Positions 29,080 through 40,767 are shown, counted from the stretch's first letter. The stretch is 64,000 nucleotides of DNA from Arcobacteraceae bacterium (GCA_963662945.1 OY759974.1:64001-128000); one strand, 5' to 3'. The notes: a model not told the origin generated them from the letters alone. Made by a program: numbers and translations.

Positions 29080-31803
29080 GTGATATTAAAAATTTTTTTA
29101 TTAATCCTAATTACTATTAGTAGTTATTCTCAAGTTATTCTAAGCAAAGAGGAGCTTGATTATATAAAAAACAAGAAAGTCATTAAAGTATCAAATGAAT
29201 ATGACTATGAACCTTATGATTTTTCAAAAAATGGGAAAGAGAGAGGATATTCAATTGATTTACTTAATCTACTTCTAAAAAATACTGGTTTAAAAATTGA
29301 ATATGTAACAAAACCTTGGGATGAATTACTCAAAGATTTAAATGATAAAAAAATAGATCTATTACACACAATTTATAAAACACCTCAAAGAGAAAAAATA
29401 TACAATTATTCTGTAGGTTATTCCAAAACTATTCAAAGTTATATTATTAGACAGAATGACAACGATATAGAAGATATCAAACAACTTTTTGGAAAAACAA
29501 TTGGATTAAGTAAAGAATGGGTAGAAGAAAAAATCTTCAACAAATACCCAAAAATAAAAAAAATTTATTATACAAATTTGCAAGATAAATTAAACGCTTT
29601 ATCTAAGGGTGAAATAGATGCTATTATTAACAGTGCCAACGTTGCAAATTACTATATCAATAAATATGGCTATTCAAATTTAAAAGTTTCAACACCATTT
29701 AAAGAGGAACAAAGTATACAATTAGATGATCATCACTTTGTAACATTAAAAGACAACCCTTATTTAATCTCAATTCTCAATAAGGAATATGACAATTTAT
29801 CGATAGAAGAGATAGAAAAACTCAATAAAAAATGGTTTGGAAACCTCTCTCCATACAATGGTAAAATAAAAATACATCTAAGCTCAAAAGAAAAAGAATA
29901 TCTAAGAGACAAGCAAACTATTAAAATATGTATTGATCCTCAATGGATGCCTTTTGAATCCTTCGATCAAAATGGAAATTATATAGGTATTATTGCTGAC
30001 CATTATAAAGTTTTTGAAGAGTTGTTATCAGTCAAATTTCAAGCTCTCAAAACAAATTCTTGGACAGAAACATTAGAATATGCCAAACAAAAAAAATGTG
30101 ATATAGTATCTGTACTTATGGAAACTAATGAAAGAAAAGAGTATTTAAATTTTACAGCACCATATTTAACCATGCCACTAGTAATTGCTACTAAATTAAA
30201 TGTAACTTTTATTAATAATATAAACGAGCTAGCTGGTAAAAAGGTAGGTATTCCAAAAGGGTATTCTTTTGTTAAAATTTTTAAGGAAAAATATCCCTTT
30301 TTAAATATTATAGAAGTAGAAAATATTGATGATGGATTAAAGAAGCTTAAAAAAGGTGAGCTTTTTGCTTATTTCGGTACTTTACCAAGTATTATTTATA
30401 AACTTCAAAATAAATATGGTGGAGATTTAAAAATATCTGGAAAAATCGATGAACAATGGTCTCTTCGCATTGGTATAAGAAATGATGATATAGAACTTCT
30501 CAATATATTTCAAAAAGTTGTAGAAAATATGTCAGAACAATATAAAAGAGAAATTATCAATAAATGGGTATCTATTAAATACGAAAAAGGGATTAATTAT
30601 GAACTTCTTTGGAGTATTGTTGCTGTTTTTATTTTAATACTCGTTATTGTATTGTATTTTTTCAATAAACAAAGAAAATTTAACATTCAACTTAAAGAAC
30701 AAAAAGAGGAGTTTGAATCAATTTTTAAATACAGTAAAGATGGTATTGCTATACTTAATTTAGAATTTCAAATTTTAGATTGTAATGATGCTTATTTAGC
30801 TATTATAGGTTATGAAAAAGAAGAACTTCTTACCAAAAATTATTTAGACTTTTTTGATTCTAATATTAAAAATGAAATAGATAAACTCATAAAAGAAGTT
30901 TATTCCAAAGGTTTTGTAGATAACTTTAGTACTATATATATTAGTAAAAATGGGAAAAAAATTTATACAAATATCACTATTACTATGATGCCAGATAAAC
31001 AAAGATATTTATTAACTAGTAAAGATATTACCTCTACAAAATTATTAGAATCCCAATCTAAACTTGCTTTAATGGGTGAAATGATAGGAAATATTGCACA
31101 TCAATGGAGACAACCTCTTAGCGTTATTACTACAAGTGCTAGTGCTTTAAAAATTAGATTTAAATTTGATGAAAAAATGAACTTAGAAACGGTATCTGAT
31201 TTTTCAAATAAAATTGTAGAACAAGCAGAATATTTATCTCATACAATTGATGATTTTAAAAACTTCATAAAAGGAGATAAGGAGTATCGTAAAATCAGTA
31301 TCAAAAATATAATCAAAAGTACAATTAGTCTTACAAGTGCAACAATTAAAAATAATTTCATTAATTTAGTAACTTCGCTTCCTGATGATATCATCATATA
31401 TGGAAATAAAAATGAATTAGAACAAGCATTTATCAATATTATCAATAATGCAAAAGATCAATTAAAAGAAAAAGATATACCAGATGATCATAAATTTATT
31501 TTCATTTATACAAAACAGCATGATGACGGTTCGCTAGAAGTTTCTATAAGTGATAGTGGAGGGGGAATTCCTCTTGATATTATAGATAGAGTTTTTGAAC
31601 CATATTTTACAACAAAAGATAACTCTATTGGTACAGGTATTGGTTTATCAATGGTACATAAAATTATCACTGAAAGACATCAAGCGCAAATAAGTGTAAC
31701 AAATTTAGAATCTAAATATAATGAACACACCTATAAAGGCGCGTGTTTTTCTATAATATTTTCAAAAGCAGCAGATGAAGAAAATATAAAAAATGATAAA
31801 TAA
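29080..31803 (+). CDS. sensor histidine kinase with two periplasmic solute-binding domains and a PAS domain
   Basis: Two SBP_bac_3-like repeats, TM, PAS, H box [10 protein letters not shown] box [26 protein letters not shown] start after GGAGG. Confidence 0.92.
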   Translation: MILKIFLLILITISSYSQVILSKEELDYIKNKKVIKVSNEYDYEPYDFSKNGKERGYSIDLLNLLLKNTGLKIEYVTKPWDELLKDLNDKKIDLLHTIYKTPQREKIYNYSVGYSKTIQSYIIRQNDNDIEDIKQLFGKTIGLSKEWVEEKIFNKYPKIKKIYYTNLQDKLNALSKGEIDAIINSANVANYYINKYGYSNLKVSTPFKEEQSIQLDDHHFVTLKDNPYLISILNKEYDNLSIEEIEKLNKKWFGNLSPYNGKIKIHLSSKEKEYLRDKQTIKICIDPQWMPFESFDQNGNYIGIIADHYKVFEELLSVKFQALKTNSWTETLEYAKQKKCDIVSVLMETNERKEYLNFTAPYLTMPLVIATKLNVTFINNINELAGKKVGIPKGYSFVKIFKEKYPFLNIIEVENIDDGLKKLKKGELFAYFGTLPSIIYKLQNKYGGDLKISGKIDEQWSLRIGIRNDDIELLNIFQKVVENMSEQYKREIINKWVSIKYEKGINYELLWSIVAVFILILVIVLYFFNKQRKFNIQLKEQKEEFESIFKYSKDGIAILNLEFQILDCNDAYLAIIGYEKEELLTKNYLDFFDSNIKNEIDKLIKEVYSKGFVDNFSTIYISKNGKKIYTNITITMMPDKQRYLLTSKDITSTKLLESQSKLALMGEMIGNIAHQWRQPLSVITTSASALKIRFKFDEKMNLETVSDFSNKIVEQAEYLSHTIDDFKNFIKGDKEYRKISIKNIIKSTISLTSATIKNNFINLVTSLPDDIIIYGNKNELEQAFINIINNAKDQLKEKDIPDDHKFIFIYTKQHDDGSLEVSISDSGGGIPLDIIDRVFEPYFTTKDNSIGTGIGLSMVHKIITERHQAQISVTNLESKYNEHTYKGACFSIIFSKAADEENIKNDK

Positions 31804-31806
31804 AAT

Positions 31807-32379
31807 CTATAGTTTTTTTACAACTATAGATTGTTTCATCATTTTATATAACTCATCAGTTCCATTTAAAAACTCATCATATTCCACAATTTCAAAACTA
31901 TCATCAAAAAAACTTTTTAATTCTCCTTCTTTGAGTAAAAAATCGGGATTTGAACTGTCTTTTTCATTGATTTTATGATCCATATAGGTTTCAATCAAGA
32001 GTATTCCATCTTCTTTAAGAGCATTTGAAAGATGTGGGATAAGTTTTCTATCAAGAAAATTTGTCATCACTATCAAATGATAACTATTTTCTGTAGGAAT
32101 ATAGTTATCAAGGTCTATAAGTTTTGTAGTTATATTTTCATAACCTTGATTCTTCAATGTCTCTAATGCAATTTGTGAGATATCTAAAGCTTCTACTTCA
32201 AAGTTCTGTTCTGCAAGATAGATAGAGTTTCTTCCTGCACCACAAGCAATTTCTAAAGCTTTTCCTTTTTTTATTTGTTGGATATGTTGTACTAGTTTTT
32301 TACTTGGTTCTCTTTGTTTTAACAAAGTAGGGGTATTTTGATATTTTTTATCCCATTTTATTTGATCTTCTAATGCCAT
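31807..32379 (-). CDS. class I SAM-dependent methyltransferase (TehB-like)
   Basis: KWDKKY, ALEIACGAGRNSIYLA, ALDIS. Confidence 0.88.
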   Translation of the reverse strand: MALEDQIKWDKKYQNTPTLLKQREPSKKLVQHIQQIKKGKALEIACGAGRNSIYLAEQNFEVEALDISQIALETLKNQGYENITTKLIDLDNYIPTENSYHLIVMTNFLDRKLIPHLSNALKEDGILLIETYMDHKINEKDSSNPDFLLKEGELKSFFDDSFEIVEYDEFLNGTDELYKMMKQSIVVKKL

Positions 32380-32493
32380 TTGTACTCTTTTTTAAATAAT
32401 TTTACAAAATTATAGTCATTATTGAATAAAAATTAATTATTATGGCTATATATTAAGTTATATAACGATAAAATTCTAAAGTAATATTTAAAA

Positions 32494-32605
32494 AGGTACT
32501 TCACTAGTTTTAACATTCTCCGTATAAAACGCAACATCCCAATCAAGGTGAAGTGCCTCTCTAAATATTTATATAAGCTAAGAGACGCCATAACCTCTTA
32601 GCTTA
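32494..32605 (+). ncRNA. candidate structured small RNA
   Basis: 12-bp stem 32494-32505/32547-32558 with two G-U pairs, an internal hairpin with a CUCC loop, then an 11-bp perfect hairpin at 32574-32605. Confidence 0.4.
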
Positions 32606-32699
32606 TTGTAAAACACTTTCCTTTAAATATAATCAATCTTAAGTTTACTGTAGTAAAATTCATATAAATAGATAACTTATAAAAAAAGTGAGGTTCTGT

Positions 32700-33539
32700 A
32701 TGAAAAAAGTGATTGATCAAAATAAACTTATATGGAAATCTGAATATAGTATAGGTAATTATAAAATTGATAATGAACATATCAAACTTTTTGAAATTGC
32801 GAAAAAAGCCTTAAATGCGAAAAAAAATAATACAGAAGATGTTGAAAAATTAAAATCTATTATCCGTTCTCTCTACGAATATATTGGAACTCACTTTAAA
32901 AATGAAGAGATATTTATGGCTGAAATTGAATATCCTGATTTACCAAGACATAAAATAATTCACAAAACACTTTTAGATAATTTACACCAGTTTATTCATA
33001 CCCTCAATGAACTTTCAATAGATGAAATAGAAAAACAACTTTATGACTTCATAGAAGATTATTTTATTCGGCATATTGTAAAAGAAGATAAACGCATTGA
33101 GATATGGAACCTTTCTCTTAAAAGACTTAGAAAATCTACTTTTTGGCTTAAAGCTTATGAAACAGGCAATAAACAGATTGATGATGAGCATAAAGAGATG
33201 TTTGAAATTCTCAATGATGCTTTTGAAGAGGTAGAAGAGGAAGAAAAAGAAAATAAAAATAAAAAAGTTCTAAAACGTCTTTATGATTTTATGAAAATAC
33301 ATTTTAAAGAAGAAGAAGCTTTTATGAGAAATATAGAATATCCAGAATATAAACATCATCTTAGTTTGCACAATGAAATCATCCAAGAATGTAACAATTT
33401 GTTAGAAAGAATCAATGAGATGAAAGATGCTCTTTTTGAAAGAGAATTAGCAAAAATTATTGATAGAGATATCATACAACATATTCTTCAAGAAGATAAA
33501 AAAATAGTTTTATGGGATAACCAAAACAATAAAATTTAA
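32700..33539 (+). CDS. tandem (two-domain) bacteriohemerythrin
   Basis: Two repeats of ID.EH / HF..EE / YP...H...H / HI..ED; ATG at 32700 after GAGG. Confidence 0.9.
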   Translation: MKKVIDQNKLIWKSEYSIGNYKIDNEHIKLFEIAKKALNAKKNNTEDVEKLKSIIRSLYEYIGTHFKNEEIFMAEIEYPDLPRHKIIHKTLLDNLHQFIHTLNELSIDEIEKQLYDFIEDYFIRHIVKEDKRIEIWNLSLKRLRKSTFWLKAYETGNKQIDDEHKEMFEILNDAFEEVEEEEKENKNKKVLKRLYDFMKIHFKEEEAFMRNIEYPEYKHHLSLHNEIIQECNNLLERINEMKDALFERELAKIIDRDIIQHILQEDKKIVLWDNQNNKI

Positions 33540-33696
33540 GTAAAGTTTAATATTAATAACTATTTTTTCATCAAATATGATACAATAAGTTACATATTGG
33601 TACAAATATAAGAACTATCTAAAATTAAAATGGTATATTATTTAGATTTATAATATTTTCATATACAATAAAAATAACTAAAATTTAGGAGTTAGA

Positions 33697-34716
33697 ATGA
33701 CAAAAAAATTAGTAAAAATTTCTCTTGCAGCAATTACATTCTGTAGTGTGGTAGTAAATGCGGGAACACTTGAAAATGTTAAAAAAGCAGATGTTTTAAA
33801 ATGTGGTGTTAATACAGGTTTACCAGGTTTTTCAGAAGTTGGAAGTGATAATAAATGGCGAGGTCTCGATGTAGATGTTTGTCGTTCAGTTGCAGCGGCT
33901 GTTCTAGGGGATGCCTCAAAAGTAAAATTTGTCCCTTTAACTGCTAAAGAAAGATTTACAGCACTTCAAAGTGGTGAAATAGATATTTTATCTAGAAATA
34001 CAACATGGACTGCAACAAGAGATACTTCATTAGGTCTTAATTTTGCAGGAGTAACATATTATGATGGTCAAGGTTTTTTAGTAGCAAAAAAACTAGGTGT
34101 GAGAAGTGCAAAACAACTTGATGGGGCTTCTGTTTGTATCCAAGCTGGAACAACAACAGAACTGAATCTTGCAGATTATTTTAATACAAATGGTATGAAA
34201 TACAATCCAATTACATATGACACAACAGATCAAGTTTCAAAAGGTTTTGAATCTGGGCGTTGTGACCTTATCACTTCAGATGCTTCACAACTATATGCCT
34301 TAAGAACACAAATGAAAAATCCAGATGACTTTAAAGTATTACCACAAATAATTTCTAAAGAACCTTTAGGTCCACTTGTAAGACAAGGTGATGATGTATG
34401 GTTCAATATCGTAAAATGGTCATTAAATGCAATGAAAGCAGCAGAAGAGTTTGGTATAACCTCTGACAATGTTGATTCTATGATGAAAACCTCTAAAAAT
34501 CCAGAAGTTCTAAGAATACTTGGAGAATCAGGGAAAATAGGTGAAGATTTAAAAATAGATTCAAAATGGGCTTATAATATCATCAAACAAGTAGGAAATT
34601 ATGGTGAATCATTTGAACGAAATGTTGGTATGAAATCTCCATTAAAAATCACTAGAGGTCTAAATAATCTTTGGACAACAAAAGGTGGACTTCAATATTC
34701 ACCACCATTTCGATAA
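33697..34716 (+). CDS. aapJ: general L-amino acid ABC transporter substrate-binding protein (AapJ/BztA)
   Basis: LKCGV..GLPGFS, ERFTALQSGEIDILSRNTTWT, ISKEPLGP. Confidence 0.93.
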   Translation: MTKKLVKISLAAITFCSVVVNAGTLENVKKADVLKCGVNTGLPGFSEVGSDNKWRGLDVDVCRSVAAAVLGDASKVKFVPLTAKERFTALQSGEIDILSRNTTWTATRDTSLGLNFAGVTYYDGQGFLVAKKLGVRSAKQLDGASVCIQAGTTTELNLADYFNTNGMKYNPITYDTTDQVSKGFESGRCDLITSDASQLYALRTQMKNPDDFKVLPQIISKEPLGPLVRQGDDVWFNIVKWSLNAMKAAEEFGITSDNVDSMMKTSKNPEVLRILGESGKIGEDLKIDSKWAYNIIKQVGNYGESFERNVGMKSPLKITRGLNNLWTTKGGLQYSPPFR

Positions 34717-34724
34717 TAACTATG

Positions 34725-34753
34725 ATAGAAGCCTAAGTATTCTTAGCTTCTAT
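34725..34753 (+). terminator. intra-operon stem-loop after aapJ
   Basis: atagaagc-ctaag..cttag-cttctat hairpin. Confidence 0.5.
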
Positions 34754-34767
34754 GAAAAAGAGGTAAA

Positions 34768-35922
34768 GTGTCAATCTTAAATAATAAACTATTTAGAGAT
34801 ATTTTTTCACAATTTATTATTGTTTTATTATTAGTATTATTCTTGTGGTACATTATCACAAACTTACTCTACAATATTGATCAAAGAGGAATAACTACTG
34901 GATTTAATTTTTTCAACCATATTGCAGGTTTTGGAATTGCTGAATCCCCAATAGCTTACAGTGATAGAACATCAACCTATTTTGATGCATTTTTGGTAGG
35001 ACTTTTAAATACACTTATTGTATCAGGAGTAGGGATCTTTTTTGCCTCTGTTATTGGTCTTTTAGTTGGAGTTGCCAGATTATCAAAAAATTTTATTGTT
35101 TCAAAACTTGCTTTAGCATATATTGAATTTTTTAGAAATATTCCATTATTATTACAAATATTATTTTGGTATAACGTTGTTCTAGCAACCCTTCCAAGTC
35201 CACGACAAAGTCTTGTTCTTACAGCTACTACTTTTTTAAATAATCGTGGTCTTTATATTCCAAAACCTATACTGCAAGAGAGTTTTAGTATAGTTGCCAT
35301 AAGTATAATTATTGCTATAATTATGACAGTTGTCTTTGTCAAGTGGGCAAATAAAAGATTTGATGAAACGGGACAAGAGCTTCTTCAATGGCCTTGGATA
35401 GTTTTAATACTGGTTGGTTTACCTTTAATGGTTTTCAATATTGTTGATACTCCTATATTATTGGATAATCCCTCTTTAACTGGATTTAACTATACAGGAG
35501 GAATGCGTTTTAGTCCAGAATTTTTAGCGTTGGCTTTTGCTTTAAGTATTTATACTGCATCTTTGATAGCTGAAGCTGTAAGAAGTGGTATAGAAGCTGT
35601 TTCAAAAGGGCAGAAAGAAGCAGCTGCTTCTTTTGGACTTAATAGCTACCAAGCTTTAAAACTTGTAATACTTCCTCAAGCTATAAGAATATCAATTCCA
35701 CCAATTATAGTACAGTATTTAAATCTTATTAAAAATTCAAGTTTAGCAACAGCAATAGGATATCCAGAACTTGTCACTGTATTTAGTGGTACAGTTTTAA
35801 ATCAAACTGGACAAGCTATAGAGATAATAGCAGTTACAATGGCTGTATATCTGACAATCAGTTTATTTGTTTCTTTACTTTTAAATATTGTAAATAAAAA
35901 ACTAGAGATAAAAGAGAGATAG
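34768..35922 (+). CDS. aapQ: amino acid ABC transporter permease (AapQ/BztB)
   Basis: GLLNTL, FRNIPLLLQ, AEAVRSGI..V.KGQ.EAA, KNSSLA.AIGYP. Confidence 0.92.
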   Translation: MSILNNKLFRDIFSQFIIVLLLVLFLWYIITNLLYNIDQRGITTGFNFFNHIAGFGIAESPIAYSDRTSTYFDAFLVGLLNTLIVSGVGIFFASVIGLLVGVARLSKNFIVSKLALAYIEFFRNIPLLLQILFWYNVVLATLPSPRQSLVLTATTFLNNRGLYIPKPILQESFSIVAISIIIAIIMTVVFVKWANKRFDETGQELLQWPWIVLILVGLPLMVFNIVDTPILLDNPSLTGFNYTGGMRFSPEFLALAFALSIYTASLIAEAVRSGIEAVSKGQKEAAASFGLNSYQALKLVILPQAIRISIPPIIVQYLNLIKNSSLATAIGYPELVTVFSGTVLNQTGQAIEIIAVTMAVYLTISLFVSLLLNIVNKKLEIKER

Positions 35923-35923
35923 T

Positions 35924-37012
35924 ATGGCTGTATATGAAATAAAAGCATCCAGACCAGCACCTTCTAAGTTAAAAGGACCAGTTCTTTGGATAAAAGAAAA
36001 TCTTCTTGCTTCTCCTTTGGATGCGATACAAACTATTATTATCTTTTCATTTTTATTTTGGATAATTCCTCTTTTTTTAGATTGGGCAGTTTTTAATGCT
36101 TCTTTTTTAGGAACTACAAAATCAGATGCAACAGGAAGTGGTGCAAACTGGATATTCGTAAAAGAAAAACTTGATATGTTTATTTATGGATTTTATCCAG
36201 AAGAGGAAATATATAGAGTTAATATTGTTTTTGGATTGTTTTTTATTACGATAATTTTATTTAAATATATAGCAAAAACTTTTACACAAAAAGCTATTGT
36301 ATTTCTTCTTTATCCGATAATATCTTTTATACTTATCAAAGGTGGTTATTTTGGTTTAGTAGCTATTCCAACAGATAAATGGGGTGGACTTTTACTTACT
36401 TTAGTGATTGCTTCAATTGGTATCGTATTTTCTTTACCCTTAGGAACAATATTAGCTTTAGGAAGACAATCAGAATTACCTGTTATTAAAAATTTGAGTA
36501 TTATTTACATTGAGTTTATTAGAGGTGTTCCTATTATTACAATGCTTTTTATGGGTTCAGTTTTATTACCATTGTTTTTTCAAGAAGGTGTTGAAGTAGA
36601 CAAACTCTTAAGGGCTTTAATTGTGATTATTATGATAGAATCCGCTTTTGTAGCAGAAGCCGTAAGAGGAGGGCTTCAAGCAATACCAAAAGGGCAATAT
36701 GAAGCAGCTGATTCATTGGGACTAGGGTATTGGAAAAAAATGATTTTTATCATACTTCCTCAGGCATTAAAAGTTGCCCTGCCAAATTTAGTTGGTATCT
36801 CTATCGAATTATTTAAGGATACTTCACTTGTGATGATTATTGGATTATTTGATTTACTTTCTATGGTACATTTAACTTCTAATGACTCAAATTGGTTAGG
36901 TATGGAAACAGAAGGATATGTTTTTGTTACATTTGTATATTGGATATTTTGTTATGGAATGTCTAAATATAGTATGATTTTAGAAGATAGATTTAATACA
37001 AACAATAGATAA
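35924..37012 (+). CDS. aapM: amino acid ABC transporter permease (AapM/BztC)
   Basis: [36 protein letters not shown]. Confidence 0.92.
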   Translation: MAVYEIKASRPAPSKLKGPVLWIKENLLASPLDAIQTIIIFSFLFWIIPLFLDWAVFNASFLGTTKSDATGSGANWIFVKEKLDMFIYGFYPEEEIYRVNIVFGLFFITIILFKYIAKTFTQKAIVFLLYPIISFILIKGGYFGLVAIPTDKWGGLLLTLVIASIGIVFSLPLGTILALGRQSELPVIKNLSIIYIEFIRGVPIITMLFMGSVLLPLFFQEGVEVDKLLRALIVIIMIESAFVAEAVRGGLQAIPKGQYEAADSLGLGYWKKMIFIILPQALKVALPNLVGISIELFKDTSLVMIIGLFDLLSMVHLTSNDSNWLGMETEGYVFVTFVYWIFCYGMSKYSMILEDRFNTNNR

Positions 37013-37025
37013 ATATGAGGTAATT

Positions 37026-37763
37026 ATGAGTGATATTATAAAAATAAAAAATTTAAATAAATGGTATGGTGATTTTCATGTTTTAAAAGATATCAATCTC
37101 AATATTAAACAAGGAGAAATAGTAGTTGTTTGTGGTCCAAGTGGTAGTGGAAAATCAACTCTTATTCGATGTATTAATTATCTTGAACAATTTCAAGAGG
37201 GAGAATTGATAGTAAATGATACTCTACTTACAGATGATGTAAAAAAAATCAAACAAGTAAGAAGTGAAACAGCTATGGTATTCCAACATTTTGAACTTTT
37301 TCCACATTTAACTATTTTAGATAATCTTATTTTAGCACCAATGCATGTACATCATATACCTAAAAAAGAAGCCATCGCAACTGCTATGCAATACCTTGAA
37401 AGAGTAAATATAGCAGACCAAGCAGATAAATACCCAAATCAATTAAGCGGTGGTCAAAAACAACGTGTTGCTATTGCACGAGCCCTTTGTGCAAATCCCA
37501 AAATAATGCTTTTTGATGAACCAACAAGTGCCTTAGACCCAGAAATGATAAGTGAAGTACTTGATGTTATGATGGAACTTGCAAATGAAGATAAGACAAT
37601 GATCTGTGTTACTCATGAAATGGGTTTTGCTAAAAAAGTTGCCAATAGAGTTATCTTTATGGATAATGGACAAATAATTGAAGAAAATACTCCTGAAGAA
37701 TTTTTTAACAATCCACAAAGTGATAGATTGAAACTTTTCTTACAACAAATTCTTTCACATTAA
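37026..37763 (+). CDS. aapP: amino acid ABC transporter ATP-binding protein (AapP/BztD)
   Basis: [34 protein letters not shown]. Confidence 0.93.
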   Translation: MSDIIKIKNLNKWYGDFHVLKDINLNIKQGEIVVVCGPSGSGKSTLIRCINYLEQFQEGELIVNDTLLTDDVKKIKQVRSETAMVFQHFELFPHLTILDNLILAPMHVHHIPKKEAIATAMQYLERVNIADQADKYPNQLSGGQKQRVAIARALCANPKIMLFDEPTSALDPEMISEVLDVMMELANEDKTMICVTHEMGFAKKVANRVIFMDNGQIIEENTPEEFFNNPQSDRLKLFLQQILSH

Positions 37764-37772
37764 GAGGTAGAG

Positions 37773-38390
37773 ATGATATTAGAATTTGCAGAATATATAG
37801 GAATTGCAGCTTTTGCTTTAAGTGGTTTTTATATTGCAGTGAGAAATAACTTAGATTTACTTGGTATCTTTATAGTTTCTTTTTTAACAGCTCTTGGTGG
37901 TGGAATTATAAGAGATACAATTGTAGGCATTGCTCCTATTTCTTTAAGTACTATTTATCCTATGTTACTTGTTTTTGTTATTGTAAATATACTTATATTG
38001 TTAAAATTTCACAAAAAACAAGAATACGATAGAAAACCAATTTTTGTATTTGCAGATAGTCTTGGTTTGAGTTCTTTTTCAATTTCTGGTGGACTTGTGG
38101 CTATCAATAGTGGTTATGAGATATCTGGAGTTATAATACTTGCATTTATAACTGCTGTTGGAGGTGGTATTTTAAGAGATATACTTATCAATGAAGTACC
38201 ATATATACTCAAAGGTGGCTTTTATGCTATGGTTTCTATTATAATTGGTATTATCATTTATATACTACATTTTTTTGATGCTTTAAGTTTTCTTTCTATC
38301 TCTATTGTATTTGCTTTTGGTGTTATTTTAAGACTTATTGCTTTTTATAGCAACTGGGAACTTCCTAATATTTATAATAAGAAACCATAA
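37773..38390 (+). CDS. trimeric intracellular cation channel family (UPF0126) membrane protein
   Basis: Duplicated motif TALGGGIIRD / TAVGGGILRD. Confidence 0.9.
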   Translation: MILEFAEYIGIAAFALSGFYIAVRNNLDLLGIFIVSFLTALGGGIIRDTIVGIAPISLSTIYPMLLVFVIVNILILLKFHKKQEYDRKPIFVFADSLGLSSFSISGGLVAINSGYEISGVIILAFITAVGGGILRDILINEVPYILKGGFYAMVSIIIGIIIYILHFFDALSFLSISIVFAFGVILRLIAFYSNWELPNIYNKKP

Positions 38391-40300
38391 TGAATAATAA
38401 ATATAAAAAAATATATATCCTTACAAAAGAGATTGAAAATAAAACTTTAATAGACTTAAAACAATTTTTTATAGATAATTACAAAAAAGAGACAATACTA
38501 CTCTCTCCAAATGATGAAAATATAGAGTATAATGAACAAAATATCTATTTTTTATATCTTGATGATATATCAGTCAAACAATTTATCAAACTCAATATTG
38601 ATATGAATATTCATTTAAGTATTTTACCAAATAAAATGTGTCCGCAGTCCATATTAAGATATGGTATTTCAAGAGATATTTATGAAGCTATTGATGATAG
38701 TTTTAATAGTACATTACGTGTAGATGATCAACTTTTACTTTGCAATGGGGATTTAGTCTTTCAAAAAATATCTATAGGAAATGTTAATAACCTCAATAAG
38801 AATATTGAGGAAAATTCTATTTATGAAAATTTTAAAATATTTATAAAAAACTTATCAAATCTCAAATATCAAAACATCACTATGAAAACTTCCAAAGAGA
38901 ATATCATACAAACTGTTATAAGTGGTATATTGGTTTTAGAAGACTATACCATATTTAATAATCTTACTAAAAGTGGTAAAACATCTTTTCATGATGGAAA
39001 ACTCAATGCTTTCATTATTGCACCATATAGTTTGATATCCTATTTATATTATCTTATTAATATATTTTTATACCATAAATTCTCATTCGGAAGTCTTCCT
39101 AAAAATATTGGGTTTATAGCAACTTCTCAATTAATACTCTCTAGTGATACTTCATTTGACTTTACAATAGATGATATTTCGCTTAGTGCAAAAAATATAG
39201 AACTAAAAGTTTATCAAAGTAAACTCAATATTAGTTATGGTAAAAAATTTCAAGAAGCAATTGAGGAAAAAAATATTACAGATGATAAAGAAACTGTTAA
39301 TATCAAATATCTTCCAAAAGGTGAGATTAATGAACTTTTAATCAAAGGAAAAGTTCCTATATTCAAAAAAGCAAGTGATGAAGATATGAAAGAGACTTTA
39401 ACATCTATCAAAAGTAGTGCAAATGTAACATCTATCTTTATTACTTTAATGATACTCAGTACATTATTAGCAACTGTAGGTATTTTTCAAGACTCAACTC
39501 CCTCTGTAATTGGTGCTATGATTCTAGCACCACTGATGGCTCCTATTATATCTCTAGCTATGGGAGCTGCAAGAAGTGATAAATTAATTATTTCACGAAG
39601 TATTACAACTCTTTCTTTTGGAATTTTCAGTGCTTTATTATTCTCAGCACTCCTAACAATTATACTTCCATTAGAGATAGTAACATCACAAATTAATTCA
39701 AGAGTAAATCCAAATCTTTTGGATCTTTTTGTAGCTATTTTTTCTGGCATTGCAGGTGCATATGCTACTGCTAAAGAAGAGGTTGCCAAATCATTAGCTG
39801 GTGTTGCAATTGCTGTTGCTCTTGTGCCACCATTGGCAGTAACAGGAATTGGAATAGGGTGGGGAGATATTAATATTATTTATGGTTCCTTTTTACTTTT
39901 TTTAACAAACCTTTTTGGTGTAACTTTAGCAGCATCACTTACTTTTATTGTATTAGGTTTTGCTCCTATACACAGAGCAAAAAAAGGTCTTGCTTTTTCT
40001 AGTTTATTACTAAGTATTATCTCTATACCACTGATTATATCTTTCTATTCGCTCATTTTACAAAGTAATGATTATGCAAAATTCCATGGAATACAAACTA
40101 TTATGATAAATGATAAAAAAGTACAACTAAATATAACAAATATAAAATCATCAACAAAAGAATCAACAAATATTGAACTTGAAGTTATCTCAAATACAAG
40201 TTTATCAGACAGTGAGCTTAATCAACTGCAACAAATTGTAGAAACTAAAATAAATAAAAAAGTAGTTCTGGAGATAGTTACTAAAATTATAAAAGAATAA
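38390..40300 (+). CDS. DUF389/TIGR00341 membrane protein with N-terminal degenerate diacylglycerol-kinase-like region
   Basis: VIGAMILAPLM.PI and GVAIAVALVPPL; N-terminal DGKL and IDD resemble the DAGK accessory domain. Confidence 0.82.
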   Translation: MNNKYKKIYILTKEIENKTLIDLKQFFIDNYKKETILLSPNDENIEYNEQNIYFLYLDDISVKQFIKLNIDMNIHLSILPNKMCPQSILRYGISRDIYEAIDDSFNSTLRVDDQLLLCNGDLVFQKISIGNVNNLNKNIEENSIYENFKIFIKNLSNLKYQNITMKTSKENIIQTVISGILVLEDYTIFNNLTKSGKTSFHDGKLNAFIIAPYSLISYLYYLINIFLYHKFSFGSLPKNIGFIATSQLILSSDTSFDFTIDDISLSAKNIELKVYQSKLNISYGKKFQEAIEEKNITDDKETVNIKYLPKGEINELLIKGKVPIFKKASDEDMKETLTSIKSSANVTSIFITLMILSTLLATVGIFQDSTPSVIGAMILAPLMAPIISLAMGAARSDKLIISRSITTLSFGIFSALLFSALLTIILPLEIVTSQINSRVNPNLLDLFVAIFSGIAGAYATAKEEVAKSLAGVAIAVALVPPLAVTGIGIGWGDINIIYGSFLLFLTNLFGVTLAASLTFIVLGFAPIHRAKKGLAFSSLLLSIISIPLIISFYSLILQSNDYAKFHGIQTIMINDKKVQLNITNIKSSTKESTNIELEVISNTSLSDSELNQLQQIVETKINKKVVLEIVTKIIKE

Positions 40301-40394
40301 TTATGAATCAAAAAACCTTTAAAAATAAACTATTTATCAGAATAAGTTTTTGTAAACCTATAGTATAATTCTAAAAAATACAAAAGGATTTAAA

Positions 40395-40745
40395 ATGTAT
40401 TGTAAAAATAGTAATGAATATATAAAAAACGATATTCCTAAAACACAAAAAGCACAAATTGCTGTATTATCTCCAAGTGAAGAAAAAGATTTTTTAGTAA
40501 GAAAAATTAAAATAGAGCAGGGTGGAAGTATGCCAAATCATACCAACCTTATCCAACATCAACAATATGTTTTAAATGGTGAAGCACAAGTTGTAGTAGG
40601 AGATAAAACATTTCATGCAAAAGCAGGGGATTTTATATATATTCCTGCAGGTGTTACACATTATTATGAAGCATGTTATGGAAAAGATTATGAATTTTTA
40701 TGTATGATAACAACAGCACCCGATACAATTACTATGGTTGATTAG
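40395..40745 (+). CDS. cupin domain protein
   Basis: GGSMPNHT...HQQYVL.G, GDFIYIPAGVTH. Confidence 0.88.
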   Translation: MYCKNSNEYIKNDIPKTQKAQIAVLSPSEEKDFLVRKIKIEQGGSMPNHTNLIQHQQYVLNGEAQVVVGDKTFHAKAGDFIYIPAGVTHYYEACYGKDYEFLCMITTAPDTITMVD

Positions 40746-40767
40746 TATCAAATTGAAAAGGAACACA

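Noticed and set aside
29080-31803. Orphan histidine kinase as a novelty
   Set aside because: SBP-SBP-PAS kinases without an adjacent regulator are common in this group.
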